Part shown: piece by piece, positions 46,671-55,901 of the stretch
How positions within the stretch are numbered: the first letter of the stretch is position 1
How the letters are laid out: each line of letters begins with the position of its first letter
From: an uncultured Acidobacteriota bacterium
GTDB lineage: Bacteria; Acidobacteriota; Terriglobia; Terriglobales; Acidobacteriaceae
NCBI GenBank assembly: GCA_963817925.1
Contig: CAWFQN010000001.1
Coordinates: 11,311 to 75,310, forward strand
Direction: 5' to 3'
Length of the DNA stretch: 64,000 nt
The notes under the pieces: model-generated
Database searches by the model: none
What the model was told of the DNA's origin: nothing
What the model saw: the letters and a program-made list of their open reading frames with translations, nothing else
Made by a program: the position numbers and the translations under genes

Positions 46671-48119
46671 TCACCGTCCGGCGAACGCGGTAACAGGCGC
46701 GTCGGCGCCTGCCTTCGATGAAACTTTAATTTCTGATTCGATTTGTTCAACCAGCTTGCGAAAACGTTGCTCGAATACGTCTTTGTTCTTGTTTGCGGTT
46801 CCGCCAATCCAAAGCGTCAGTCTGCCGCGGGCATCGCGTACGGGCACGGCCCACACGCGTACATGGATGAAGTAGAAGACCACGGCCAGGCCGAAACCCA
46901 TGACGAGCACGCCCGCCCAAACCGACCACTGCCCGGGTTCGTGCGAAACTTCCAAACCGGTGAAGTAGGCCATCTGTACGTCTTTGCCTTCGAATGTGTA
47001 CGGCGAAGCCGCGTTCTCCTCAAGGCCGGGGATCGGAGGCAGCCAAACGTTTACGGCCTTGCCCGAGTTCCTGGATTCGACCACCAGGTGCGCGGCGGGA
47101 TTTTCAAGGTCGCCGGAGCGGGCATAAATCTGACCGTCGCGCAGCACATAGTCGGGAATGAACTCGGCGAGGCGAACCGTAGTGTCAGAGTCCAGGGGGA
47201 GGGTCTCGTCCAAGCCAATCGTGATGTCCTTAGGGGCGTTACCATCGCGTGCAGTCGCGGTGAGCACAAGTTTGTCGATCTTTCCGGTCTTCCCGTAGCT
47301 CGCCTGATAAAAGCGTACGCCCTGATAAACCAGGGGATCGTTGACGACGATCTGCTTGCTCACGACGACGGTCTGTCCGTTGTCGACGATCGCCAGATCT
47401 GACCACCAGCGTTTGGGAGTGCCGTCGGTATAGTTCTCCTGACCAGCGCCGTCGCAGCGGATGGCAAAACCCAGGTTGCGTTTGCTCCCGTTTTGGGTCC
47501 GCACCTGGCTCGATTGCTGTCCGCGAGTCAGAGTGACGAATGCACGCCAGCCGTAAAGGGCGTCGACGATGCCACCGAGAAAGATGAGAAGCAGACTCGC
47601 ATGCACGATATAAACCGACATTTCCGAAAAGCGATTGCGCTCGCCGAAGAGGGAAAAGCTGTTTTCGCGGACAATCCGCTCGGGGCTGAAACCTGCCTTG
47701 TGAAAGACTCGCTCAGCGACGCTTAACCCGGTTTCTTCGTCACTGATCGGAATCGCGGCCTGCGTCGCCAGCGCCTTGCGGAAGGCATCATCAGGACTCT
47801 TATAAGGACGTGCGTAGTGACGCCATGAGTTCGGGAAGCGCTGTATGGATGCGACGATGATGCTGAGGCTCACCAGCACTAGCAGCGTGACGAACCACCA
47901 GGCATGGAAGACGTCCGTCAAGCCGACTCCATCCAGCAGGCGCAAAACCTGGGGCGAATAGGCTCTCTGCATTTCATCCGCATCGGTCGCAGGACGCTGC
48001 AGAATCACCGTCCCCGCTGCCGAAATGATGACGACGAGAATGAGCAGAACAACGCCAGTCTTGATCGCGCCCAGGGTTTGCCAGGTTTTTCGGGCTGCCG
48101 AGTGAACGGATGTCGCCAT
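46671..48119 (-). CDS. resB: cytochrome c biogenesis protein ResB/CcsB
   Basis: Trimmed to ATG 48119. Starts MATSVHSAARKTWQTLGAIKTGVVLLILVVI. Has a large periplasmic domain and a C-terminal TM, and lies directly upstream of ccsA. Confidence 0.85.
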   Translation of the reverse strand: MATSVHSAARKTWQTLGAIKTGVVLLILVVIISAAGTVILQRPATDADEMQRAYSPQVLRLLDGVGLTDVFHAWWFVTLLVLVSLSIIVASIQRFPNSWRHYARPYKSPDDAFRKALATQAAIPISDEETGLSVAERVFHKAGFSPERIVRENSFSLFGERNRFSEMSVYIVHASLLLIFLGGIVDALYGWRAFVTLTRGQQSSQVRTQNGSKRNLGFAIRCDGAGQENYTDGTPKRWWSDLAIVDNGQTVVVSKQIVVNDPLVYQGVRFYQASYGKTGKIDKLVLTATARDGNAPKDITIGLDETLPLDSDTTVRLAEFIPDYVLRDGQIYARSGDLENPAAHLVVESRNSGKAVNVWLPPIPGLEENAASPYTFEGKDVQMAYFTGLEVSHEPGQWSVWAGVLVMGFGLAVVFYFIHVRVWAVPVRDARGRLTLWIGGTANKNKDVFEQRFRKLVEQIESEIKVSSKAGADAPVTAFAGR

Positions 48120-48586
48120 ATCTTCCTCTTCCCCATTTGGCGAAAGCACGTTTTGCGCCATTGCTGAAAATTCGGCGAAGTTGCTGAAATTTCTGGCAAT
48201 GAGTCAGATCGGTTGGAAAACAGCGAGCTCGGTTTGAGCCATATCACACAGCAGATTGGACTTCCGTTGGAATTTGGCGCACTCTCCTGGTAACCGGTGT
48301 AGAAACATTTCAGCAATCTGATTTACCGGCCGATAAGCAACACACGGCGTGGTGACTTGGGTCATTTGGTCCATTTCACTGTGGGAGAATCCCCATTGTG
48401 ATGAACCTTGCAACAGTCTCGATTTCTTACAGATGCGAGTTCAGTTCCCAACTGATTTTGTTGCAATCTGTTAGAAGACTTGCTCCGAAGCTTGCTTCAT
48501 TGAAGAAATAAGGCGAGATGCGTGCACTGGCGAATGAAGAGACGATAGTGGGTGTGACGTTGGAATTATTCAAATCGAGTCCGAGT

Positions 48587-50011
48587 ATGACTCACAGAGT
48601 AAGAGCGCTGGCCTGTTTCATCGTGGTGCTCATCCTGACTGGCCGCGTCTACGCTGCGAAGCATCCTGTCCCGCTTGACCCGAAGGCGGACACTTCCACC
48701 TGCCTGGCCTGCCATGAGGACAAGACCAAAGGCAAGTCGATCCATTCGGCGATGGCTATGGGCTGCACCAGTTGCCATGAGATCCGGGTAAATAAAGACA
48801 TCACTCGGGTAAAACTGATCACGACCACGCCCCTTGCCCTTTGTCTGACCTGCCACGCCGACAAAAATGCCGCCGACATAAAAGGTACGGTCCATCCTCC
48901 GGCAGTTCGAGACTGCGTGAAGTGCCACGATCCGCACTCCTCGGACTATAAGAATCAGTTGTTGAAGCCGACCTCGGGGGATCAGAAAGAAAACCTCTGC
49001 CTCAGCTGCCATACGACCGGGCTGAATGTGCCCGAAAAAGGCAGCCGCCATGCCGCCCTCGACATGGGCTGCGACACATGCCACGTTACGCACAAAACGG
49101 GGGAGATCGGCAAGGCTGAATTCGATTTTCATCTCACCAAGGCGCCGCCCGCCCTCTGCATAGATTGCCATGACGTCAAGGGTGCGGACCTGCAGAAGGC
49201 GCACCAGAATCAGCCGTTCGAAACGTCCAATTGCGTGAGCTGTCACGATCCCCACGCGTCCGCAGCTCCCAAGCTGATGGCAAAATTCACCCATCCGCCA
49301 TTTGCCGATAAGCAGTGCGAAGTCTGCCACGCCCCGGCCAAGAATGGAAAAGTGGTGCTGACGCAGGCCGATGCCAAGGCGCTGTGCGTGACCTGCCATG
49401 ACGATAAAGCCAAGTTAATCGAGACCGCCAAAGTTCAGCATCCAGGAGCGGCGGGCGACTGCACTGATTGCCACAGCCCACACGCCAGCAGGCAGCCCGG
49501 ACTTCCCAAAACGAACACAGTGGATATCTGCCTGGGCTGTCACAGCGACATCGCGGACCAAGCCAAGAAACCGGTCCACCACCAGCCGGCGTTCCGTCAG
49601 GGTTGTGCTACCTGTCATCAGCCACATGGCGGCGACAACGATCATTTGCTGCGCGCCCAGACGCCGAACGCACTTTGCCTGGAATGCCATGGACCGGAGA
49701 GGCAACCGAAGAAGCTGGAGGGTCAGCCTGTGATCACCATCTTCAACGGAAGTGTGAAACTTCCCGACGACTATTTCGCAAAAAACAAGGTCGTGGTTCT
49801 ACCGCTGAAATTCGGTATGGGACACCCTGTGGCGGGACATCCCGTCTCTGACTTGCTGGATCCAGCAGACCCGACCAAAGTGAAAACACCGATGAGCTGC
49901 CTGACCTGCCACCAGCCGCACTCCTCGGCTCAGCCCGATTTGCTGGTGAAGGATCAGGCCAACAACATGGCATTTTGCTCTACGTGCCACAAGGATTTGA
50001 AAACGCGATAG
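48587..50011 (+). CDS. 16-heme c-type cytochrome (c3/c7-like repeats), secreted
   Basis: Trimmed to ATG 48587. Has a signal peptide, and I count 16 CxxCH motifs in about 450 mature residues, with recurring CxxCHDPH and CLTCH units. Confidence 0.9.
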   Translation: MTHRVRALACFIVVLILTGRVYAAKHPVPLDPKADTSTCLACHEDKTKGKSIHSAMAMGCTSCHEIRVNKDITRVKLITTTPLALCLTCHADKNAADIKGTVHPPAVRDCVKCHDPHSSDYKNQLLKPTSGDQKENLCLSCHTTGLNVPEKGSRHAALDMGCDTCHVTHKTGEIGKAEFDFHLTKAPPALCIDCHDVKGADLQKAHQNQPFETSNCVSCHDPHASAAPKLMAKFTHPPFADKQCEVCHAPAKNGKVVLTQADAKALCVTCHDDKAKLIETAKVQHPGAAGDCTDCHSPHASRQPGLPKTNTVDICLGCHSDIADQAKKPVHHQPAFRQGCATCHQPHGGDNDHLLRAQTPNALCLECHGPERQPKKLEGQPVITIFNGSVKLPDDYFAKNKVVVLPLKFGMGHPVAGHPVSDLLDPADPTKVKTPMSCLTCHQPHSSAQPDLLVKDQANNMAFCSTCHKDLKTR

Positions 50012-50032
50012 GCGCAGTTAGGAGAAACTTCG

Positions 50033-51289
50033 ATGTTTTCCATTCGACCAAACCCGACGCGCAGGGGCCAGCGGTTTCTGGCTTTGCTTGTTCTTTTGGG
50101 CCTGGGGCTGGGATCGCCGGTCTCCGTGTTCGGAGGAAAGAAAAAGCCGGCCGACACTGCAGCTCCGAAGGCGCCGCCAGTGATCGACTATTCCAATATC
50201 GTTTGGCCGAATCCGCCAGCAATCGCCCGCATCAAGTACCAGGCGTTTTATGCGGCCGAAAAAATCTCCCAGGTAGACAAGCCCAACACCAAGAAGCAAA
50301 CCTGGATGGACCGGCTCGCGGGCACACAACCCTCCACCGACAATACCAAAGTTCTCTTCCAACTCGCAGAGCCTTATGGCATGGCGGTGGATTCAAAGGG
50401 CAACCTCTATGTCGCCGACCAGAAGGTGGGCGCTATCTTCATCTTCAACACGGAAACCCGGGACGTTGAGCTCATCAAGAATAAAACCCACGGGCACTTC
50501 GTTCGCATCATCGGTTTGGCGATGGACGACAATGACCGCCTGTTTGTCTCCGACCCTGGTTTGCGTCATGTGCTGGTTTTCAACGCCAAACACCAACCCG
50601 AGGACGTAATCACTGATGGATTGGTCGAACCGGGTGGGCTCGCCATTGATACCGAGAACCGGCTTCTTTATGTTGCTGACGTCGACCAGGATCAGGTTCT
50701 GGTTTACGACGCTGACACTCTGAAGCTGAAGCGGCGAATCGGCACCGGCGGGCACAAACACGAACTTACCACGCCCGGAGATTTCGCCCGGCCGGGGGGA
50801 TTGGCGGTCGACCGGGACGGCAATCTCTACGTGGCCGACTCCCTCAACAACCGTATCGAGATCTTCGATGGCGACGGCAAATTCATCAGTACGTTTGGCA
50901 AAGCCGGCGACGGCCCAGGATATTTCTCGCGGCCCAAAGGGGTTGCCATTGACAGTGATGACCATATCTGGGTGGTCGACGGGATGCAGGATCGAGTGCA
51001 GGTCTTCAATCAAGACGCCCAGTTGCTCATTAGCTTCGGCGGCCATGGACTTCTTCCCGGCATGTTCCAAGGGGTGGTCGGCATCACGATCGACAAGGCA
51101 AACCGCGTTTTCACCTCGGAGATCTTCCCCGGACGAGTCCAGCAATTCCGCTACGTGACCGACTCCGAGGCCGATCAGTTGCGCCAGCAGAAAGACGCAT
51201 CGCGGGAAAAGAAGGCTGGCGTATCCAACAACGAAGTGGTTCCGATAGCGGATCCTGCGATTCAGGCACAGAGTCCGCAAAGCAAATAG
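50033..51289 (+). CDS. NHL-repeat beta-propeller protein 1, secreted
   Basis: 418-aa ORF with AGGAG RBS and a signal peptide. Carries six NHL-type units (P.G.AVD..GNLYVAD..N.RI..F). Confidence 0.85.
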   Translation: MFSIRPNPTRRGQRFLALLVLLGLGLGSPVSVFGGKKKPADTAAPKAPPVIDYSNIVWPNPPAIARIKYQAFYAAEKISQVDKPNTKKQTWMDRLAGTQPSTDNTKVLFQLAEPYGMAVDSKGNLYVADQKVGAIFIFNTETRDVELIKNKTHGHFVRIIGLAMDDNDRLFVSDPGLRHVLVFNAKHQPEDVITDGLVEPGGLAIDTENRLLYVADVDQDQVLVYDADTLKLKRRIGTGGHKHELTTPGDFARPGGLAVDRDGNLYVADSLNNRIEIFDGDGKFISTFGKAGDGPGYFSRPKGVAIDSDDHIWVVDGMQDRVQVFNQDAQLLISFGGHGLLPGMFQGVVGITIDKANRVFTSEIFPGRVQQFRYVTDSEADQLRQQKDASREKKAGVSNNEVVPIADPAIQAQSPQSK

Positions 51290-51717
51290 AGTCACCTCGG
51301 CGAGACGATTCTCGACGCAAATCAGCTCTCGAGGGTGTCGCTGTCGCACATGATGGCCGACCGGGCCTTCTGCAATTTCCTGCTGTTGCGTTTCTCAACA
51401 CAATCGCTTCAAGTGCAGGTTCCAGCATTGCGTTGATTCAAATCCGATTGCGGAATTTAACCAACAGTAACGAAGGCATTGGTTCTTTTCCCCCAGCAGT
51501 CCTCTTTCCCAGTTTGGGACGGAATGGGATGATATTGCACTTAACATCATTGTAATCAAATACGTACATCGAATCTCCGCAACACTGGCGACGTCTCTGG
51601 CTTCGGTTGGACAGTTGCATAACCCAGAGCAGGGGGCGGTTGCAAGGAGTTGCAGCCCGGGCCTAAGCCTCCAAGGGTTTTAGAGTTTTGCAATTAAACG
51701 AGGAGGTTTTTACTTAT

Positions 51718-52635
51718 ATGAAAAAAGTAATGTTACTTGCAATCTTCGTTCTTGCCGTTACGGGATTGATGATGGCCCAAAACTGGTCGTCAACGGTCGA
51801 CGTGCTCGGCGCGCATAACAATCAGGGCCGCGGCTGCGCGGGCTGCCATGCTCCGCATAGCGGTTCGTTTGGCTCCGGTCACGGCGGCGCAGCAGACGCT
51901 GGCAGCTATGCATTATGGGGCCAGGATGCCAGCCCACTGTATGGCCAAACCATTAAGTTCGGCGACAATGGGCAATACGTTGAAGTTCTGCCCACCAGCA
52001 TCACCAGCGGCAGCACTGAAGTCGGCGGCATTTTGCTCTGCCTGAGCTGCCACGACGGCAACCTCACCGCCTCCAACATGATGACCAATCAATCGTATGA
52101 ACAAAAGATTGGCCTCTTGACCAACACCACGTACGGCAGCAAGCCGATTCCAACCCTGCTTGGCAATGATGGCACGACCGCCGGTAATTACACCAACGAC
52201 CATCCGGTGGGCGTCAATGCCAACATCAGCACGACTCAGCCTGGCTTGGTCTGGGCGGCCGGAAAATTCACCGTCACTCCAGGAAGCCCGTATGCGCAAT
52301 TCGTAGCGAATTACGGTTGGCCGGCTCTGGCGCCTGGAAAGTGGTCCACCCCATACGGCGTCAACAGCGCTGGTCTTCCCTATGTGGCCTGCACCACTTG
52401 CCACAACCAACATGTCATGACCGTTTACACGTCTTCTGCCAATAGCCAGATCCGGAATGACGGCGGCGGCAAGTTCTATGCCACCTACTTCTTCGTGAAC
52501 GGCCCCTACAACCCGAACCTTCAGACCTACGCCAGCACTTCGGCACCGTCGACGACACAGTTCTGCCGTCAATGCCACTTTGGCGAAGCGAATGAGGCTA
52601 ACAACACCAACACCATCACGACGCAATTCCAGTAA
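51718..52635 (+). CDS. secreted tetraheme c-type cytochrome
   Basis: ATG 51718 follows GAGGAGG. Signal peptide MKKVMLLAIFVLAVTGLMMAQ. Four CxxCH motifs: CAGCH, CLSCH, CTTCH, CRQCH. Confidence 0.9.
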   Translation: MKKVMLLAIFVLAVTGLMMAQNWSSTVDVLGAHNNQGRGCAGCHAPHSGSFGSGHGGAADAGSYALWGQDASPLYGQTIKFGDNGQYVEVLPTSITSGSTEVGGILLCLSCHDGNLTASNMMTNQSYEQKIGLLTNTTYGSKPIPTLLGNDGTTAGNYTNDHPVGVNANISTTQPGLVWAAGKFTVTPGSPYAQFVANYGWPALAPGKWSTPYGVNSAGLPYVACTTCHNQHVMTVYTSSANSQIRNDGGGKFYATYFFVNGPYNPNLQTYASTSAPSTTQFCRQCHFGEANEANNTNTITTQFQ

Positions 52636-52652
52636 AGACGGTTTGAACCCAA

Positions 52653-52681
52653 GGGGAGAGACTTATCTCTCCCCTTTTTTC
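52653..52681 (+). terminator. strong intrinsic terminator after the tetraheme gene
   Basis: GGGGAGAGA-CTTA-TCTCTCCCC forms a perfect 9-bp stem, followed by TTTTTT. Confidence 0.85.
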
Positions 52682-52703
52682 TGAGGTAACGAGCGAGGAA
52701 TTT

Positions 52704-53732
52704 ATGAAATACAAACTCTCAATCTGGATCCTGCTAGTGGCGGCGACCGCCGCAGCTCAAGTTGCCTCTCATACTCCAACCAGCGTGGGGACGCCGTCCG
52801 CGACTGCTTCTCCCGTATCACCTTTGCAGGTGAGCGATAAGCCGGTGGCGCGGGTCAATGGGGCGGTGCTGACGGACCGCGATCTACTGCGTGAGATGTT
52901 TGCCATCTTTCCGTATGCCAAGCAGCACAACGGATTTCCCAAAGCGCAGGAAGCCTCCATCCGCCAGGGTGCGCTCGAGATGATCATTTTCGAGGAACTC
53001 GTATATCAGGAAGCTGGCCGACGGAAGTTGACAGTTTCCGCTGCGAGCCTGAACCGCGCCGAGGCTGATTTTCGCAAGCAGTTCAACAGTCCCGATGAAT
53101 ACGAACAATACATGCAGACAGAGATGCACGGTTCCCGCCAGGTGTTGCGCCAGCAGATCCAGCGTTCGCTCCTGATCGAACAAGTGTTGAAAACTGAGGT
53201 GGAAGACAAAGCCACTGTATCGCCGACCGAGGTCAAAGCCTATTACGATAAGAACACAGCACGCTTCGAGCAACCGGAGTCATTTAGCATACAAAGCATT
53301 TCCATTCTTCCTCCCCGAAATGGCAACGTTACCCCGGAGATAGTGAACGAAAACCGTAAACGCGCAGAAGACGGGCTGCGCCAAGCCAAGGCGACGAAGA
53401 GCTACGAGGAATTCGGCTTGCTGGCGGAAAAAATCTCCCAGGACGATTTTCGCGTCAACATGGGCGACCACAAGGCCGTAGGGCGCGATAAATTGCCACC
53501 CCAGATCGTGAAGGCGGCGCTGACGATGCAGGCGGGACAGGTCAGCGGATTGATCCAGATTGAAAACGCGTTCACAATTTTCCGGCTGAATGCACACAAT
53601 CCACCCGAAAAGCAGAGCTTGGCGGACGTCAAGGCTAACCTGCAAACGGAATTGCAAAAGCGCAAGTATGAACAGTTGCGTTCGAATCTTGCAAAGAGCC
53701 TTCGCGCCAAGGCCAAGATCGAAATCGTGTAA
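52704..53732 (+). CDS. SurA/PrsA-like periplasmic chaperone with parvulin-type peptidyl-prolyl isomerase domain
   Basis: 342-aa ORF with a signal peptide, a SurA_N-like region (VARVNGAVLTDRDLLRE) and a PpiC-like region (FGLLAEKISQD...GQVSGLIQIENAFTIFRL). Confidence 0.75.
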   Translation: MKYKLSIWILLVAATAAAQVASHTPTSVGTPSATASPVSPLQVSDKPVARVNGAVLTDRDLLREMFAIFPYAKQHNGFPKAQEASIRQGALEMIIFEELVYQEAGRRKLTVSAASLNRAEADFRKQFNSPDEYEQYMQTEMHGSRQVLRQQIQRSLLIEQVLKTEVEDKATVSPTEVKAYYDKNTARFEQPESFSIQSISILPPRNGNVTPEIVNENRKRAEDGLRQAKATKSYEEFGLLAEKISQDDFRVNMGDHKAVGRDKLPPQIVKAALTMQAGQVSGLIQIENAFTIFRLNAHNPPEKQSLADVKANLQTELQKRKYEQLRSNLAKSLRAKAKIEIV

Positions 53733-53992
53733 CGCCTTGCCGCGATGAATAGCGCCCGTGCCTGCCTCACGCAGAGGTGGCTGGCCGCGCCTCACGGGAC
53801 CTCGCTCAAGTCGAGCCCCGTTTATCGTCTCCTCTCCGGTTTTCGAGGGTCCCATTACATGTTGAGTTATTAAGCACGCCGCTCGGGTTATATGGCGCAG
53901 CCCGAGCTAGCAATGATCGTCAGGTGTTTGCCATGGAACACATAACAGTCTTTGTTTCAACAGTTTATCTGCTCCCACCACACTGCCGAGAG

Positions 53993-54007
53993 TGGCACAA
54001 AGTGTGC
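53993..54007 (+). promoter_or_regulatory. candidate sigma54 -24/-12 promoter (also a GGCACA/TGTGCC palindrome) upstream of the OMP gene
   Basis: TGGCACAAAGTGTGC, i.e. TGGCAC-N5-GTGC with correct GG-N10-GC spacing. Lies 62 nt before ATG 54069. Confidence 0.45.
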
Positions 54008-54068
54008 CTTCAGTAACAGCATCTGGCCGGACTAGTGAGGGAGTTCAGGGGTGGAAGGAACTGGCACA

Positions 54069-55901
54069 ATGACGAGGTTGGCGGCGGGCATTGTTGGGCT
54101 GCTCCTTGTGATCGTAATACCGCTGGCCCGGGCCCAAGTGCAGATTGGAGACAACCTCCAGATGAAGGCCGGCGGACTGCTCACGGTGGGGTACCAGGGA
54201 GACTACGGAGACGATATCCAATCGAGCCACGGACTAAACTTCGGACTTAACGGCAACGTCTCCGGCTCTTATTACAATCCTAGCTTCCTCTCCTTCGACT
54301 TCACCCCCTATTACAATCAGTCACAGGCCAATTCCAACTTCCAATCGTTGACAGGCGCCAGCGGATTTACAGGGACAGCCAATCTTTTTACCGGAAGCCA
54401 TTTCCCAGGATCGGTCAGCTATCGCGACGACTACAACAGCACCGGCACTTTCGGACTTCCGGGTCAACCCGACTTCACCACTCACGGCCACGGGCAGGGC
54501 TTCGGCATTGGATGGAGCGCACTGATTCCGGGCTTGCCCACTCTGTCAACCAGCTACTCACAGGGCAGCGGATCCGGCACTGTGTACGGAACCAATCAGG
54601 AGACTGGTTCTGATACGAAGCTGTTCAATGTGAGGTCTACGTACGCGATAGAGGGTTTCCACCTGAACGGTTTCTACGATCACAACACTCTTCACTCCAC
54701 GTACCCGGAATTCCTGGCCGGTGAGCAGGAATCGGTATCGGACACCACTGGCCACGATTTTGGTTTTGGCGCGAACCGCAACTTGCCGATCAACGGCTCC
54801 TTCTATGTCAACTACACCCGCTCAGAAGCAACTACCGATTTTCAGGGACAAGCGGACAACACGACCAACTATACGACCAGCACCGAGACCTCCGGCGCTA
54901 CCATCCGCCCTCTCCAAAAGCTGAGCCTGTTTGCCAACGAGAGCTACACCGACAATCTGTCGGGCTATTTTAACCAGAACCTCATCAACACCGGAACGGT
55001 GCAGACACCCTTCAATTTCGGATCAGGCTCAAGATCATTCACGGTGGGTGGAGGCGCTACTTATCAGTTCACCAATTACCTGTCCACGCAAGCACAGGCC
55101 ACTTATTACGATCAATACTATTTTGACAAGAGTTACACCGGGACTTATATCACCGGCACGGTGAATTATGCACGCAGGCTCTTCGACATGTTTACCTTCT
55201 CCGCGGGCGTAGTGGAGGAGTCCAATGGCCAGGGCAGCAACTCGGTGGGTTTCATCGGCAATATGAATTATTTTCGTAGGATCAAAGGTTGGGAGACTTC
55301 AGGTTCATTCAGTTATGCCCAAAACGTGCAGTCAATCTTAGTCACCTATACATCCTCTTACTACAACTACAGTGCCCGGTTGCATCGCCGCTTCGGACAT
55401 GGCTTGGCGTGGATCGCGAGCTTTAACGGCAGCCACAGTGGTCTGACAAATCAACCGGGCAGCAATAATGACAGCAAGAGCTATTCCACTTCCTTCAGCA
55501 TGCGCCGGTTCACCTTAACCGGTAACTATACGCAGGCAAGTGGAAACTCGATTCTCACAAATGCCGGGCTGGTGCCGCTTCCACCGACGCCTGGGGTGCC
55601 GGCGAGCGATCTCATCATTTACAACGGGGACAGCTATGGCGGCGGGCTTTCCGCGACGCCTCTGCGCCGGCTCACGCTTTCGGCAACCTACAGCCGCGCT
55701 CTCAGTAACACGCTCGGCAACACGACGAATTCGCACAATAATACGGAGATCTTCAATGCTCAGATGCAATACCATCTCAGGAGAATTGGCCTGCTAGGCG
55801 GCTTTACCAGGTTCAGTCAGAGCATCAGTGCGGTCGGCATTCCTCCGGGAACCGCGAATTCGTATTTCATTGGAGTGTCCAGATGGTTCGATTTCTTCTG
55901 A
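54069..55901 (+). CDS. outer-membrane beta-barrel protein (porin-like, about 20+ strands)
   Basis: Signal peptide MTRLAAGIVGLLLVIVIPLARAQ. Rich in Gly, Ser, Thr, Asn and Tyr, with alternating hydrophobic dyads throughout. C-terminus ...YFIGVSRWFDFF ends in an aromatic residue. Confidence 0.75.
   Translation: MTRLAAGIVGLLLVIVIPLARAQVQIGDNLQMKAGGLLTVGYQGDYGDDIQSSHGLNFGLNGNVSGSYYNPSFLSFDFTPYYNQSQANSNFQSLTGASGFTGTANLFTGSHFPGSVSYRDDYNSTGTFGLPGQPDFTTHGHGQGFGIGWSALIPGLPTLSTSYSQGSGSGTVYGTNQETGSDTKLFNVRSTYAIEGFHLNGFYDHNTLHSTYPEFLAGEQESVSDTTGHDFGFGANRNLPINGSFYVNYTRSEATTDFQGQADNTTNYTTSTETSGATIRPLQKLSLFANESYTDNLSGYFNQNLINTGTVQTPFNFGSGSRSFTVGGGATYQFTNYLSTQAQATYYDQYYFDKSYTGTYITGTVNYARRLFDMFTFSAGVVEESNGQGSNSVGFIGNMNYFRRIKGWETSGSFSYAQNVQSILVTYTSSYYNYSARLHRRFGHGLAWIASFNGSHSGLTNQPGSNNDSKSYSTSFSMRRFTLTGNYTQASGNSILTNAGLVPLPPTPGVPASDLIIYNGDSYGGGLSATPLRRLTLSATYSRALSNTLGNTTNSHNNTEIFNAQMQYHLRRIGLLGGFTRFSQSISAVGIPPGTANSYFIGVSRWFDFF

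Noticed and set aside
48162-48586. Searched for a sigma54 or CRP-type site upstream of the 16-heme gene and of resB
   Set aside because: TGGCGC, TGGCAA and isolated TGTGA half-sites are present, but none has the required partner element or spacing.
48566-49399. 277-aa minus-strand ORF (also 57454..58191, 245 aa)
   Set aside because: They are antisense to multiheme cytochrome genes, whose CxxCH periodicity defines the true frame.
51606-51621. CGGTTGGACAGTTGCA as a sigma54 promoter for the tetraheme gene
   Set aside because: The spacing and the -12 TTGCA fit, but the -24 box retains only the GG. That is too weak to report as a feature.
53777-54016. 79-aa ORF in the PPIase-OMP spacer (also 51438..51620, 37308..37535)
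   Set aside because: They have no RBS, no motif, and overlap putative promoter elements. They are probably non-coding.
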